NCBI RefSeq assembly: GCF_006345805.1
Contig: NC_042997.1
Location: 22,072,001-22,136,000, forward strand
Length of the DNA stretch: 64,000 nucleotides
Origin: Octopus sinensis
Lineage: Eukaryota
Direction: 5' to 3'
The notes under the pieces were generated by a model that searched no databases, was not told where the DNA came from, and saw only the letters and a list, made by a program, of their open reading frames with translations. This document shows positions 51,382 to 61,851 of the stretch, piece after piece. Both the position numbers and the translations under genes were made by a program. Each line of letters starts with the position of its first letter. Within the stretch, counting starts at the first letter, position 1.

Positions 51382-52099
51382 TATTTAATGAACATATACC
51401 AAAAATATTCAGACTCCAAACGTATTAGATAATGAAAGCGGTTCGCCATTAATTCAGTACGCTTACATACATTATCGATATTTTTAAGGGCTTGCCGATA
51501 TTTTACCATCGAATTCATATTCTTTGATACAGAGCCGATGGCTTAAATTTTGACAACTCAACGAACCACATCGTAAAATAGTGACTGCTACTATTGAGTG
51601 AGAATGATTTATAGATCCATGTGATTATTAGTTGTGAAGCTATGGACCCACATGTAGGATTAATATATACAAATATCTCTGGTGTATAATCTTCATCAAA
51701 AAGTGAAGCCTCTTCTTCAAAAGCTGAAGGGGTGTTATGAATATTAGATTCATGTATTAACATGTTTCTTAGATTTTTAAGGTCTTAGATATGAACATGT
51801 ATATTACAGTATTCCAGGGAAGAATATGCATATTTATAGCTAAATTAAGAGACTAAAATGTCTTAACAATGTCACTTCGCTCATCCCTAATGAAACTCTG
51901 TGATCCCCGAGCAGGCATCCTAGCTACAACCTTATCCTATATGTAGTTACCAAAACTCATTTCCATCACTGTCGAGAATATTTCAGATTAAAACTATGCA
52001 TGCTATAACAATTTAATTTGTTATTCAAACCCAGTATATCTATATCAATCAATGGGTCTTTTTTAAAGTCGGTAAAGTGCGGCTTAAGGGAGACTTAGC

Positions 52100-52340
52100 T
52101 CATTGAAAAACCAGATAGAAACTTCGTTTCTGTGATAGCTGTCTTCATTATGTATTGATGGCATCCATTGCAACAATTTCATCATGGTTTTTTTCTTATA
52201 ATTACCCTTTTATGATGCATTCTTAATACTTCTGAGTGTTTATCATAAAATATATATCCACTTGCATATATTAACCAGGTCTCACATCCATAATTAGAGA
52301 GTGTTACTAGTGTAAGTAAATCTTCATTTTCAAGTTGATG
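52100..52340 (-). mobile_element. Ancient RTE-like RT remnant
   Basis: NYGCETWLIY motif in a decayed frame. Confidence 0.45.
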
Positions 52341-53326
52341 AGCAATACTGGACTTCTCAATCAGTTAATCTGTGTAATGTTTATAACAATAAAACTTTAA
52401 TAGACAAAACGATATTGCCTATGTAAACACGCTCGAGGAGATATCCATGTAAAACTACAGCAGCACCTACATACAACACGAGCAGCAACAGTTAAGCGAA
52501 AAAGCACAAAAATGCAGAAACATAATTAAAAAAAAGGATTTTTTTATCTTGGGTTGTTTATAAAATATGAGGAAAAACATTTTGCTTTTGGAAGATATTC
52601 AATTAATATAAAAATACCTATGGTGTTTGTGTTCAATTTCTTCAGAGAATTTTTTTTATATATTTTTCTTTAATGTTATCAAATAAATCATCTATCATAG
52701 TACTTGCTATTATTACGAGAGAAATTTAGAGCCAGAAAATGTGCTATTTGAAGATCAATCGTGACTTGGTTCTGTCAGCATTTGTAATATCGACTTCAAG
52801 TTTCTTGAGCTAAAATCAACAGTACTTTTGTATTTAGATAAACACTCGCTTGCATAGGTTTGGTGTAAACTCAGAAAAAGAGAAATTTATGGATGTTGCT
52901 AAGCTGAGCAATTTATAAATTAACTCGAAATGATGAATGTTTGTTGTAAATGGCAAGGGTCTCTATTTCATATAATAAAATTTAAGAAGCTTATTGAGAG
53001 AGTAGATCACTAATTTAATTGTATTGATTTGTTTAGCTTTTGTCCCTCTCGTTCAAATTAAAAATCTTCCTTAGGATTTCGTTTTATTCTTCATCCTTCC
53101 ACAATCGATAAAGGTTATGTCTAAAACGATTCACTCGACTCATTCACACAGAAATTGGCATTGAGCTTTAGAAAATAACTCAATTTTAAAAAAAGAATCT
53201 GATACGTGCTGAATTGTATGAGAGAATAGTAAGTGAGCTTAGATTGTTGCAAGCCGTTTTGGATTACCGTTCGAAGAAATATTGTTTTCTACTATAGGCA
53301 CAAGGCCTAAAATTTGAGGGAGGGAG

Positions 53327-54023
53327 ATAGTCGATTTCATCGACCCCAGTCCGTAACTGGTACTTATGTTATCGACCCCGAAAGGATGAAAGGCAAAGTC
53401 GACCGCGGCGGAATTTGAACTCAGAACATAGCGACGGCAAAATGCCTATTTCTATTTCTTTACTACCCACAAGGGGCTAAACACAGAGAGGACAAATAAG
53501 GACAGACAAACGGATTAAGTCGATTATATCGACTCCAGTGCGTAAATGGTACTTATTTAATCGACCCTGAAAGGATGAAAGGCAAAGTCGACCTCGGCGG
53601 AATTTGAACTCACAACGTACCGGTAGACGAAATACCTATTTCTTTACTGCCTACAAGGGGCTAAATATAGAGTAGACAAACAAGGACAGACAAACGGATT
53701 AAGTCGACTACATCGACCCCAGTGTGTAACTGGTACTTAATTTATCGACCCCGAAAGGATGAAAGGCAAAGTCAACCTCGGCGGAATTTGAACTTAGAAC
53801 GTAACGGCAGACGAAATACCTATTTCGTTACTACCCACAAGGGGCTAACACAAAGAGGACAAACAAAGACAGACAAACGGATTAACTCGATTATATCGAC
53901 CCCAGTGCGTAACTGGTACTTATTTAATCGACTCCGAAAGGAAGAAAGGCAAAGTCGACCTCGGCGGAATTTGAACTCAGAACGTAGCCCGGCGTGCTAA
54001 CGATTCTGCCAGTTCGCCGCCTT
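53327..54023 (-). mobile_element. SINE family A head-to-tail tetramer
   Basis: One A-box head at ~54000-54023 and four Nin-domain units, period 183-184 bp. Confidence 0.93.
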
Positions 54024-55019
54024 AAGAAATATTCCTTCACCTACCCACACCACAAATGGAGGCCTCTTTACAGTGGTTCTACCTCCTTGAAATAGCAGCT
54101 AAATCTCCTTCAAATGATATCCTGCTATCTTTAAAATAGACATTGAAGACTGCAATCCTGTATGCAATATATCTACTAAAAAGACAGAGTATTTATGGTA
54201 GAAGGTCTTTTATCATACTTTTTCTCGGTCAGGGTTGGTCTGGGAATTAAACAACAACAACCACTAATGCTCTTTAGAAAAACATGACCACCATAACCTC
54301 ACTTTTCACTTTCTCTCTCACTTTAGGCTTTATACTTAGTCAAAAGAAATCAATACTTCAGAATAGAACCAACTAATTTGAATTGAATTTCGTCTTAATA
54401 TAGGTTGTAGCTAATGTTTGGTGTGGAAGAGACATATCGGCGGGAATGTCATTTCAATTTTATTTCGGCTAGCTTTGTACAGAGACAATAATCAGATTGG
54501 CGAATATTAAAGAGAACATGATATGGATGTGTAGTTGTGTGCGTACAAGTGCGATTTATATAAACGTATTTGTGTGTTTGAGTATGTGTGTGTGTGTACG
54601 TGTGTGCGTGTTTATGTGCTTGAAATAATTTCCACATGATCATTTGTTGAGTTGAACGACAAAGATGGGTCATGTACTATTATGAAGAATAATTGCAAGC
54701 AAGTAATTTATGAGCATGCCATATGATTAGTTTGTATGATTTAAAAGCTAAAATGGGAGTATCAGCAGAAGAATCGATGATTCACGCTGATATAATTTTG
54801 AGTGCAAAACGCAAAACAATGGGGTCTTCCTATCTACATAGATAGATATACGATTGATTTCTTTCCGACAGCGAATTTTCGTATCTTTCACAACAATTTT
54901 AAGTTGGGTTGAACTTAAACTACTTTGGGAGGATATGAACATCACAACTAGTTTAAGAGAGTTGAGACCACTTACCATATGTTCTACGATGCCCATCATA
55001 TGGTAAGAGATTGACAGAG

Positions 55020-55420
55020 GAAGGCGGCCACGCCGGACGAAATGCTTACCGGTATTTCGTCTGCCGCTACGTTCTGAGTTCAAATTCCGCGGAGGTCGAC
55101 TTTGCTCTCATCCTTTCGGGGTCGATTAAATAAGTACTAGTTACGCACTGAGGTCGATATAATCGAATTAATCCGTTTGTTTGTCCTTGTTTGTCCTCTC
55201 TGTGTTTAGCCCCTGTGGGTAGTAAAGAAATAGGTATTTTGTCTGCTGTTAAGTTCTGAGTTCAAATTCCGCCGGAGTCGACTTTGCCATTCATCCTTTC
55301 GGGGTCGATAAATTAAGTACCAGTTACGCACTGGGGTCGATGTAATCGATTTAATCCCTTTTTCTGTCCTTGTTTGTCTCTTCTATGTTTAGCTTCTTGT
55401 TGGCAATAAAGAAATAAGAA
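55020..55420 (+). mobile_element. SINE family A dimer with (AAGAAAT)n tail
   Basis: Head, two Nin-domain units, junction gtaaagaaata|ggtattttgtc. Confidence 0.9.
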
Positions 55421-55689
55421 ATAAGAAATAAGAGATTGACAGAGTTCAGCAATATATAGTAAGAGGTAGGCATGCAGCAAACGAATTAGGTAGAAGTTAC
55501 TCTCGGTCATTTAACATGTTCAGTGAAGTATGAGACATTTTAGCACAGCAGTTTTGGCACCGCTGATTTGGTGTCGCTGATTCGACACTGATTTCTTTTA
55601 CATCAAACATTTTAATCCTTTAAGACTAGAGTAGCCCTGTGGTCAGTCAGTCCAAAAGTTCCTTCGTGTTTGTGTTTCGGGCAAGTCCA

Positions 55690-55865
55690 CCATCCTTCAC
55701 CGGCTTGCCATGCCTGTCATTTTTGCTACTTGAGTGGACTACAGCAATGTGAAATGAAGTGTCTTACGCAAGACCACAATAAATTGCCAGGTCCAGGAAT
55801 CGAAACCACTATCTTACGATCATAAGTCCATCACCTCTAGTTACTAAACGATGCGCCTTCACGGA
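55690..55865 (-). mobile_element. SINE family D, 5' part
   Basis: caatgtgaaatgaagtgtctt..ggaatcgaaacc..cttacgatcat matches the reverse complement of the family head. Confidence 0.75.
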
Positions 55866-56422
55866 CGTTTTAATGTTCCGTTTTAATGTTTCTCCGGTTC
55901 AAATTTTCTTTTGTTCTCCTCATGTCTCCTTCCTTTTCTCCCTCCTTCTCTCTCCTTCTCCCTCTCTTCCTCTCTTTTTCAATTTGTGTGTGTGATCATC
56001 TAGGTATATGTCTCTTTCTTACCTCTGTCTGTCTCTTTTACCCTCTCTGTATGTGTATTTCTGCGTGGTGTGAGTGTGCTGTGTGATGTGTGCGTGTATT
56101 TTTTTGTCTCCATTGCCAAAAACTTCTGTTGCCAAAACAGTTGAATGTCCAGTCAGCCATGACAATTCGTCAGCGTCTGAACAGCAGCGCCCAGCTTTCT
56201 CATTCCACTGTGGGAGGCGATGAAACTTTCCCATAATGTCGGTTGATGTTGAAGAAATAATTCCTCTGATGGGCTTTGTTCTCCGTGTTCCTGAAAAATA
56301 TATAATAAAATAATTAATTATCTCATAACTAGTATTCAATATATGTACTTTTCTGTAATTATTTATATATTGATTTCAAATTTTGGCAAAAGGACAGCAA
56401 TTTCGGGTAAGGTGGTAAAACC

Positions 56423-57912
56423 GTGGCTACTCCTCAAGAAAAGGAACAATGTGTATCGTGGTTTACTGAAACAAAATTGGGCGCGCAAACCCAGCGAAAC
56501 TACAGGATTAAATATGGAAGACATCCACGTCCGTCAATTTGTGCAGTGCACAAGAAATGTATAGGAACAAGAACAGTGTTGGATAAATGGAGGAGTGGAC
56601 AACCAAAATTATCTGCAGAACACATTGATCGTGTAAGACAAGCCTTTACTAGTTCTCCTACAAAGTCCACACGTTTACTGCCAAACAATAACAGCTACCA
56701 CGTTCTACAGTGCACAGAGTCCTACACAAGGACTTGCGATTGTACGCTTAGAAGATGAAATTTTTACAGGCACTCGAACCAAATGATAAACCAAAATGAA
56801 ATGAGTTTGCAGTTAGCATGTTGGAACGAATTTCTGAGGGTGCACCCTTCCTCAACCGAGTTTGTCTTAGTGATGAGGCAACCTTTCATGTTTCAGGGAA
56901 ACTGAACAAACGTGTGAAGATTTGGGGATCAGAACACCCCCATGTGACTATGGAACTTTACCGAGATAGAGCTAAGGTGAATGTCTGACGTGGGGTTGAC
57001 TCACTGGTGCAATCGAATGATTGGTCCATTTTTCTTCACAGAGAGATCAATTGCTAAAAATATTTACATTGACATTTTGATTTGATATGTGGCACCACAA
57101 CTGGATGACCTTTAACCTACCATCATTTTCCATCAAGACGGTGCACCACCACATTGGGGACTGCATGTTCGTTGGTTCTTAAATTAAACATTTCCAGACC
57201 AGTGGATTCGGAGAAATGGTCCAATTCCCTGGCCACCTCGTTCCCCGGATATCACTCCCCTGAACTTTTTCTATGGAGTTATGTTAAAGACATCATGTAT
57301 CGAACGAAGATACGGGATATCAACGATCTGAAACAAAGGATCACTGATGCGATTGCCACCATTGATGAGGCTATCCTACAGCGAACATGGCAAGAAACTG
57401 ATTACCATCTTGATGTGCTTCGAACGCCTAATGGTGCCCATATCTAGAAGACTCCGCCGGTTACGACGACGAGGGTCCCAGCTGATACGATCAACGGAAC
57501 AGCTTGCTCGTGAAATTAACGTGCAAATGGCTGAGCATTCCACAGACACGTGTACCCTTAACGTATTTCTCGGGGATAATCAGCGTGACACAGAGAGTGA
57601 CAAGGCTGACCCTTTGAAATACAAGTACAACTCATTTTTGCCAGCTGAGTGAACTGGAGCAACGTGAAATAAAGTGTCTTGCTCAAGGACACAACGCGTC
57701 GCCGGGAATCGAACTCACAACCTTACGATCATGAGCCGAATGCCCTAACCACTAAGCCACGCGCCCTCACGGTGCCCATATAGAGATGTATTAAATGAGG
57801 CAAAAAACTTCAATGACTCCTCCTCATTTTGTAATAATTTCCACAGGCTTATCTATTTATTTGCTTTTGTAATAATTTTTTGAAATTGTAAAGAGACTTT
57901 ATGGACTCACTA
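56423..57912 (+). mobile_element. DD41D (rosa/VS-like) Tc1/mariner transposon, dead, 5' TIR not found
   Basis: (M)ATPQEKEQCVSWF, LSDEATFHVSG, QDGAPPHWG...WPPRSPDITPLN (41 residues after D2; third D mutated to N), FLWSYVKD; 3' TIR ..tttatggactcacta|ta. Confidence 0.88.
57444..57770 (-). mobile_element. Full-length tRNA-Met-like SINE family D with 11-bp TSD
   Basis: TSD ggtgcccatat at 57433-57443 and 57771-57781; A box TGGCTTAGTGG, CTCATGA anticodon-loop-like segment, B box GTTCGATTCC. Confidence 0.93.
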
Positions 57913-58413
57913 TATTGCTTACACACAAGTGCTAATAACCACAGTCACTTGCTTAACTTTTCGGTGAACTGAGGTCAGCGTCTGGTATCTGTCCACGGTT
58001 CATCAACAGTATTGACTCTTTTGAAGGTAGGTAATACCTGCCTGCTGGAGCATAGCAGCAGGTATTTAAAGGGAAAAAATTTGACAAGTCAGTCAGTTGC
58101 CCGCTGACACTCGTTGACGCTATATCGAAGAGGCCAGGGAACAGAAGAAAGAAGAAAGAAGACATGCACCCAACACCAGAGCTGAAGACACCTCCGAAAG
58201 GGGGGGGCTGCGACGTCAAAACGGTGGAGAAGTAGGGGCCGAAACCGGACGTGGTTCCTCCTGATGATGTCTTGAGCAAACTGGATCCTATAAAGGAGCT
58301 GTTATGGTAGCAGACCACGAAACACGGTTGAAATTCCTCGCTTACAATCGTATCCGTTGGTATTTATTTCATAGAAGGAAGGATAAAATGCAAAGCCGAC
58401 TCAGTGATTTGAA

Positions 58414-58450
<37 letters not shown>

Positions 58451-58737
58451 TCTCTCTTTCTCTGGGATATAGGTAGTTTTTATTTATTTATTTATTTATC
58501 ATTCCTTCATTTGCAGAACGATGATTTTGTTAACACTAGATCGTTTAATTGACACCCCACCAAGTTATATAACCTCAGGTGGGCAGTGCTTTCTACGGGA
58601 TATTTGTTCTTCCCAAAAGTGTCGTCTTCAGCAATTTCCTAATGCTGGGAGAGATTCCAATTGCGTCGAAGTGTTTCTGACGGCTTTCGTCACCGACCCA
58701 AGTACTCCAACGAAAAGTAGTACCACACGCTTTTTAA

Positions 58738-58738
58738 C

Positions 58739-58798
<60 letters not shown>

Positions 58799-58802
58799 AA
58801 TG

Positions 58803-58870
<68 letters not shown>

Positions 58871-58950
58871 AATGACAATAATAATCCTCCCCCTCATCAT
58901 CATCATCATTATTATTATTGTTGTTGTTGTTATTATTATTATCATTATTA
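58738..58950. repeat. (ATA)n/(ATG)n/(ATT)n compound trinucleotide array
   Basis: Direct reading. Confidence 0.95.
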
Positions 58951-59453
58951 TAAGGCAGCAAAATGGCAGAATCGTTAGCACATCGGGCGAAATGCTTAGC
59001 GGCATTTTGTCTGCCACTGCGTTCTGAGTTCAAATTCCGGCGAGGTCAACTTTGCCTTTCATCCTTTCGGGGTCGATAAATTAAGTACCAATGAAACACT
59101 GGGGTCGATGTAATCGACTTAAGCCCCTCCCTCAAGCTGCCCTTGTGGGAAAAATTTGAAATCATTATGATTATTATTATTATTATTATTATTACTACTA
59201 CTACTACTACTACTACTACTACAGCGGTGCGCTGGCAGAATCGTTAGCGCGCAGGTAAAATAGTTAGCGGCATTTCGTCCATCTTTACATTCTGATTTCA
59301 AATGCCGTCGATGTCGACTTTACATTTCCTTCGTTTGGGGTCGACAAAATAAGTACCAGTTAAGCACTGGGATGCATGTAATCGACTTTGCCCCCTGCTC
59401 CGAAGATGCAAGCCTTGTGTTAAAATTTGAAATCATCATCATCATCATCATCA

Positions 59454-59494
<41 letters not shown>

Positions 59495-59497
<3 letters not shown>

Positions 59498-59787
59498 TAG
59501 TTTTATTTTTATAGCGTGCTTTCACTTCACTACCGAGCGCAGCTCTGTGTGCCTTGGGTATGTGCTGTGATTTGTTGTGATGCTCTGATGGTTATTGTAT
59601 GGAAAGTGTTCTGCGTAGGATGTGTGCAGTGCCTAGTAGTGCAATTTTCTGTATGTTATATGTGTTTGTAAGTCCTGGTGTTTTTGTTATGTATTTGTCT
59701 GAATATTTTTTTATCATGCCTAATGCACCTACTATGATAGGAATTGTTTCTGTTTTCAGATTCCACATTCTAGTTACCTCTATTTCC
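59495..59787 (-). mobile_element. R4/Dong-like LINE 3' end in (TAA)n, copy 1
   Basis: EIEVTRMWNLKTETIPIIVGALGMIKK..IQKIALLGTAHILRRTLSIQ*; (TAA)n on both sides, the known Dong target type. Confidence 0.88.
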
Positions 59788-59839
<52 letters not shown>

Positions 59840-59842
<3 letters not shown>

Positions 59843-60132
59843 TAGTTTTATTTTTATAGCGTGCTTTCACTTCACTACCGAGCGCAGCTCTGTGTGCCTT
59901 GGGTATGTGCTGTGATTTGTTGTGATGCTCTGATGGTTATTGTATGGAAAGTGTTCTGCGTAGGATGTGTGCAGTGCCTAGTAGTGCAATTTTCTGTATG
60001 TTATATGTGTTTGTAAGTCCTGGTGTTTTTGTTATGTATTTGTCTGAATATTTTTTTATCATGCCTAATGCACCTACTATGATAGGAATTGTTTCTGTTT
60101 TCAGATTCCACATTCTAGTTACCTCTATTTCC
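59840..60132 (-). mobile_element. R4/Dong-like LINE 3' end in (TAA)n, copy 2
   Basis: Identical by eye to 59495-59787; offset 345 bp. Confidence 0.88.
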
Positions 60133-60174
<42 letters not shown>

Positions 60175-60409
60175 CAATATTATAAATGCTTTGTCTTCGC
60201 TTTAATTTATACAAGCTGTACCAAGGTCTCATCCAAAAACGTCAAGAGATAACAGCGTATTGTGTCTAAAGATTCTAACAGGTAGGAAGCCGTGCAAAAA
60301 AGAACATGATATCGGTGTAGAAAACATAAAAAGAATAAAGAAAAACGCTGAATGAATAAGTCTACATTTACATGGAATGGAATCTATGTAAAATATATGA
60401 GATACTCAT

Positions 60410-60620
60410 ACGTATCACCTTTTGCAATTCACTTACTACAGGGCTGCTAAAAATTTGGTTTACATATTTGTTTGCTCCTCTTGTTAACATTCCATGTGCC
60501 CCCATAACAATAGGTCATGTTTTTGACTTGAGATGCCACATTCTTCTCATCTCAATCTTTGTATTTTGCTTAATTTCCCGAACGTTTTCAGAGATCTGTT
60601 ATGTGGAAAATTACTTCAAT
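60410..60620 (-). mobile_element. Older R4/Dong-like RLE remnant
   Basis: IEMRRMWHLKSKT*PIVMGAHGMLTRGANKYV..ELQKV. Confidence 0.6.
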
Positions 60621-60876
60621 GCTACTATACTTTTGAAGTGAGTATGCTTAAGTGTTTGATTGCACTTGTCCCTGGCCCTGAGAAATATTGCTTAATCAGA
60701 TGAGAGATTGTTTATAGGTTTATTTATTACTACAGGTATTTCTTTTATAACATTATGTGAATGGTTGAAATCTGAATACGTGTAGGAACTGGTTGTTAGG
60801 TACATAGAAGTCTGAGATTGGTTTATTGTTGTATCCAAGAAGTTAATAGATACCATATTGGTTTTCACAGTTATTT

Positions 60877-60939
<63 letters not shown>

Positions 60940-60961
60940 CACACACACACATACACATATA

Positions 60962-61851
60962 CATGGTCTCACCAATAAGCATCCGGACTGTTGCCATAGT
61001 AACGAGGTTAAAGCACGGAGAGTGAAACTGCTCGGCACAGATTGACCTTCACCTCTGGTGTGAATGCGCACTAAGTTTTAACGCCCTAGCCCACCGCCGC
61101 TGTTTACAACAGTGCTTGGAAGGAACGTGTGTAGCGTGCGAACAGTGGCACTGACCATGACAGAGACTGTTGAACAGAGAATCTGCATCAAATTTTGCCA
61201 AAAGCTTGGTGATATCTGCTCAGAGGTCTACGCAAAGTTTTCAAAAAGTTTTCATCGTTCTTGACACAATCAAGATCTGGAGCCACTGAAATCCGAGTGT
61301 CTTTTTGGTAAGCTGAAAGCAGTTTTGGCACAAACTTGGCAGACACGTATTTCATACCCAAATCTTCAGTGATAATGGACTGAACCGGACCGTAACTAAT
61401 CTGCACATCCTCTGATAACTCACGGGTGGTAATTCGACGATCTTCCCTCAGAGCTGCACGCACATCTGCAATGTTTTTCTCAGTTCTGCGGGTTGCGGGT
61501 CTCCCAGAACAGTCACCAATATCACACTTTTTCGGCATTCTTGGAAACGTCTGAAACACTCGTACACTTGTGTGCGGCACATACAGTCCTCTCCATACAC
61601 TTTCTGCAATTTTGTGTAGGCTTCTGAGCAGGTATCACCATGACAACTTTCCTTGTGGTCAATGCCACGATCACACGCTACATACCTTCCTACCAAGCAC
61701 TGCTGTAAAAAGCAGAAGTGAGCTAGAATGTTAAAACTTAGTGCGCATGATTAGCAGAGTTCTAGGTCAATTTTTTGCCAAGCAGCTTTACTCTGCGTAC
61801 TTTAGCTTCGTTTCTATGGCAACAGGCCGTATACTTATTTATCAGACCTCG
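60962..61851. mobile_element. Mariner derivative made of two convergent 5' ends
   Basis: TA|CATGGTCTCACCAATAAGCATCCGGACTGTTGCCATAG versus (reverse) TA|CGAGGTCTGATAAATAAGTATACGGCCTGTTGCCATAG. Plus strand MTETVEQRICIKFCQKLG; minus strand GDTCSEAYTKLQKVYG..SGRP..EDRRITTREL..VSAKFVPKLL. Confidence 0.88.

Noticed and set aside
52714-52800. Kinase-like text YERNLEPENVLF..S*LGSVSICNIDF
   Set aside because: Catalytic HRD and DFG residues are absent, there is an in-frame stop, and no other kinase subdomains are nearby; probably chance.
53327-54023. CRISPR-like regular array
   Set aside because: Units are ~184-bp SINE monomers with no unique spacers; eukaryotic context and no cas genes.
56090-56290. 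Minus-strand exon candidate after a strong polypyrimidine acceptor
   Set aside because: No good donor, and its end overlaps gccaaaa repeats that look like the subterminal repeats of an old DNA element.
57700-57770. tRNA-Met gene
   Set aside because: No acceptor stem closure; it continues into a SINE body flanked by a TSD. The same applies to the other tRNA-like heads.
57953-58318. 121-aa minus-strand ORF in GC-richer DNA
   Set aside because: No domain; the opposite strand reads as a stop-interrupted basic/proline-rich frame, more like a decayed retroelement ORF1.
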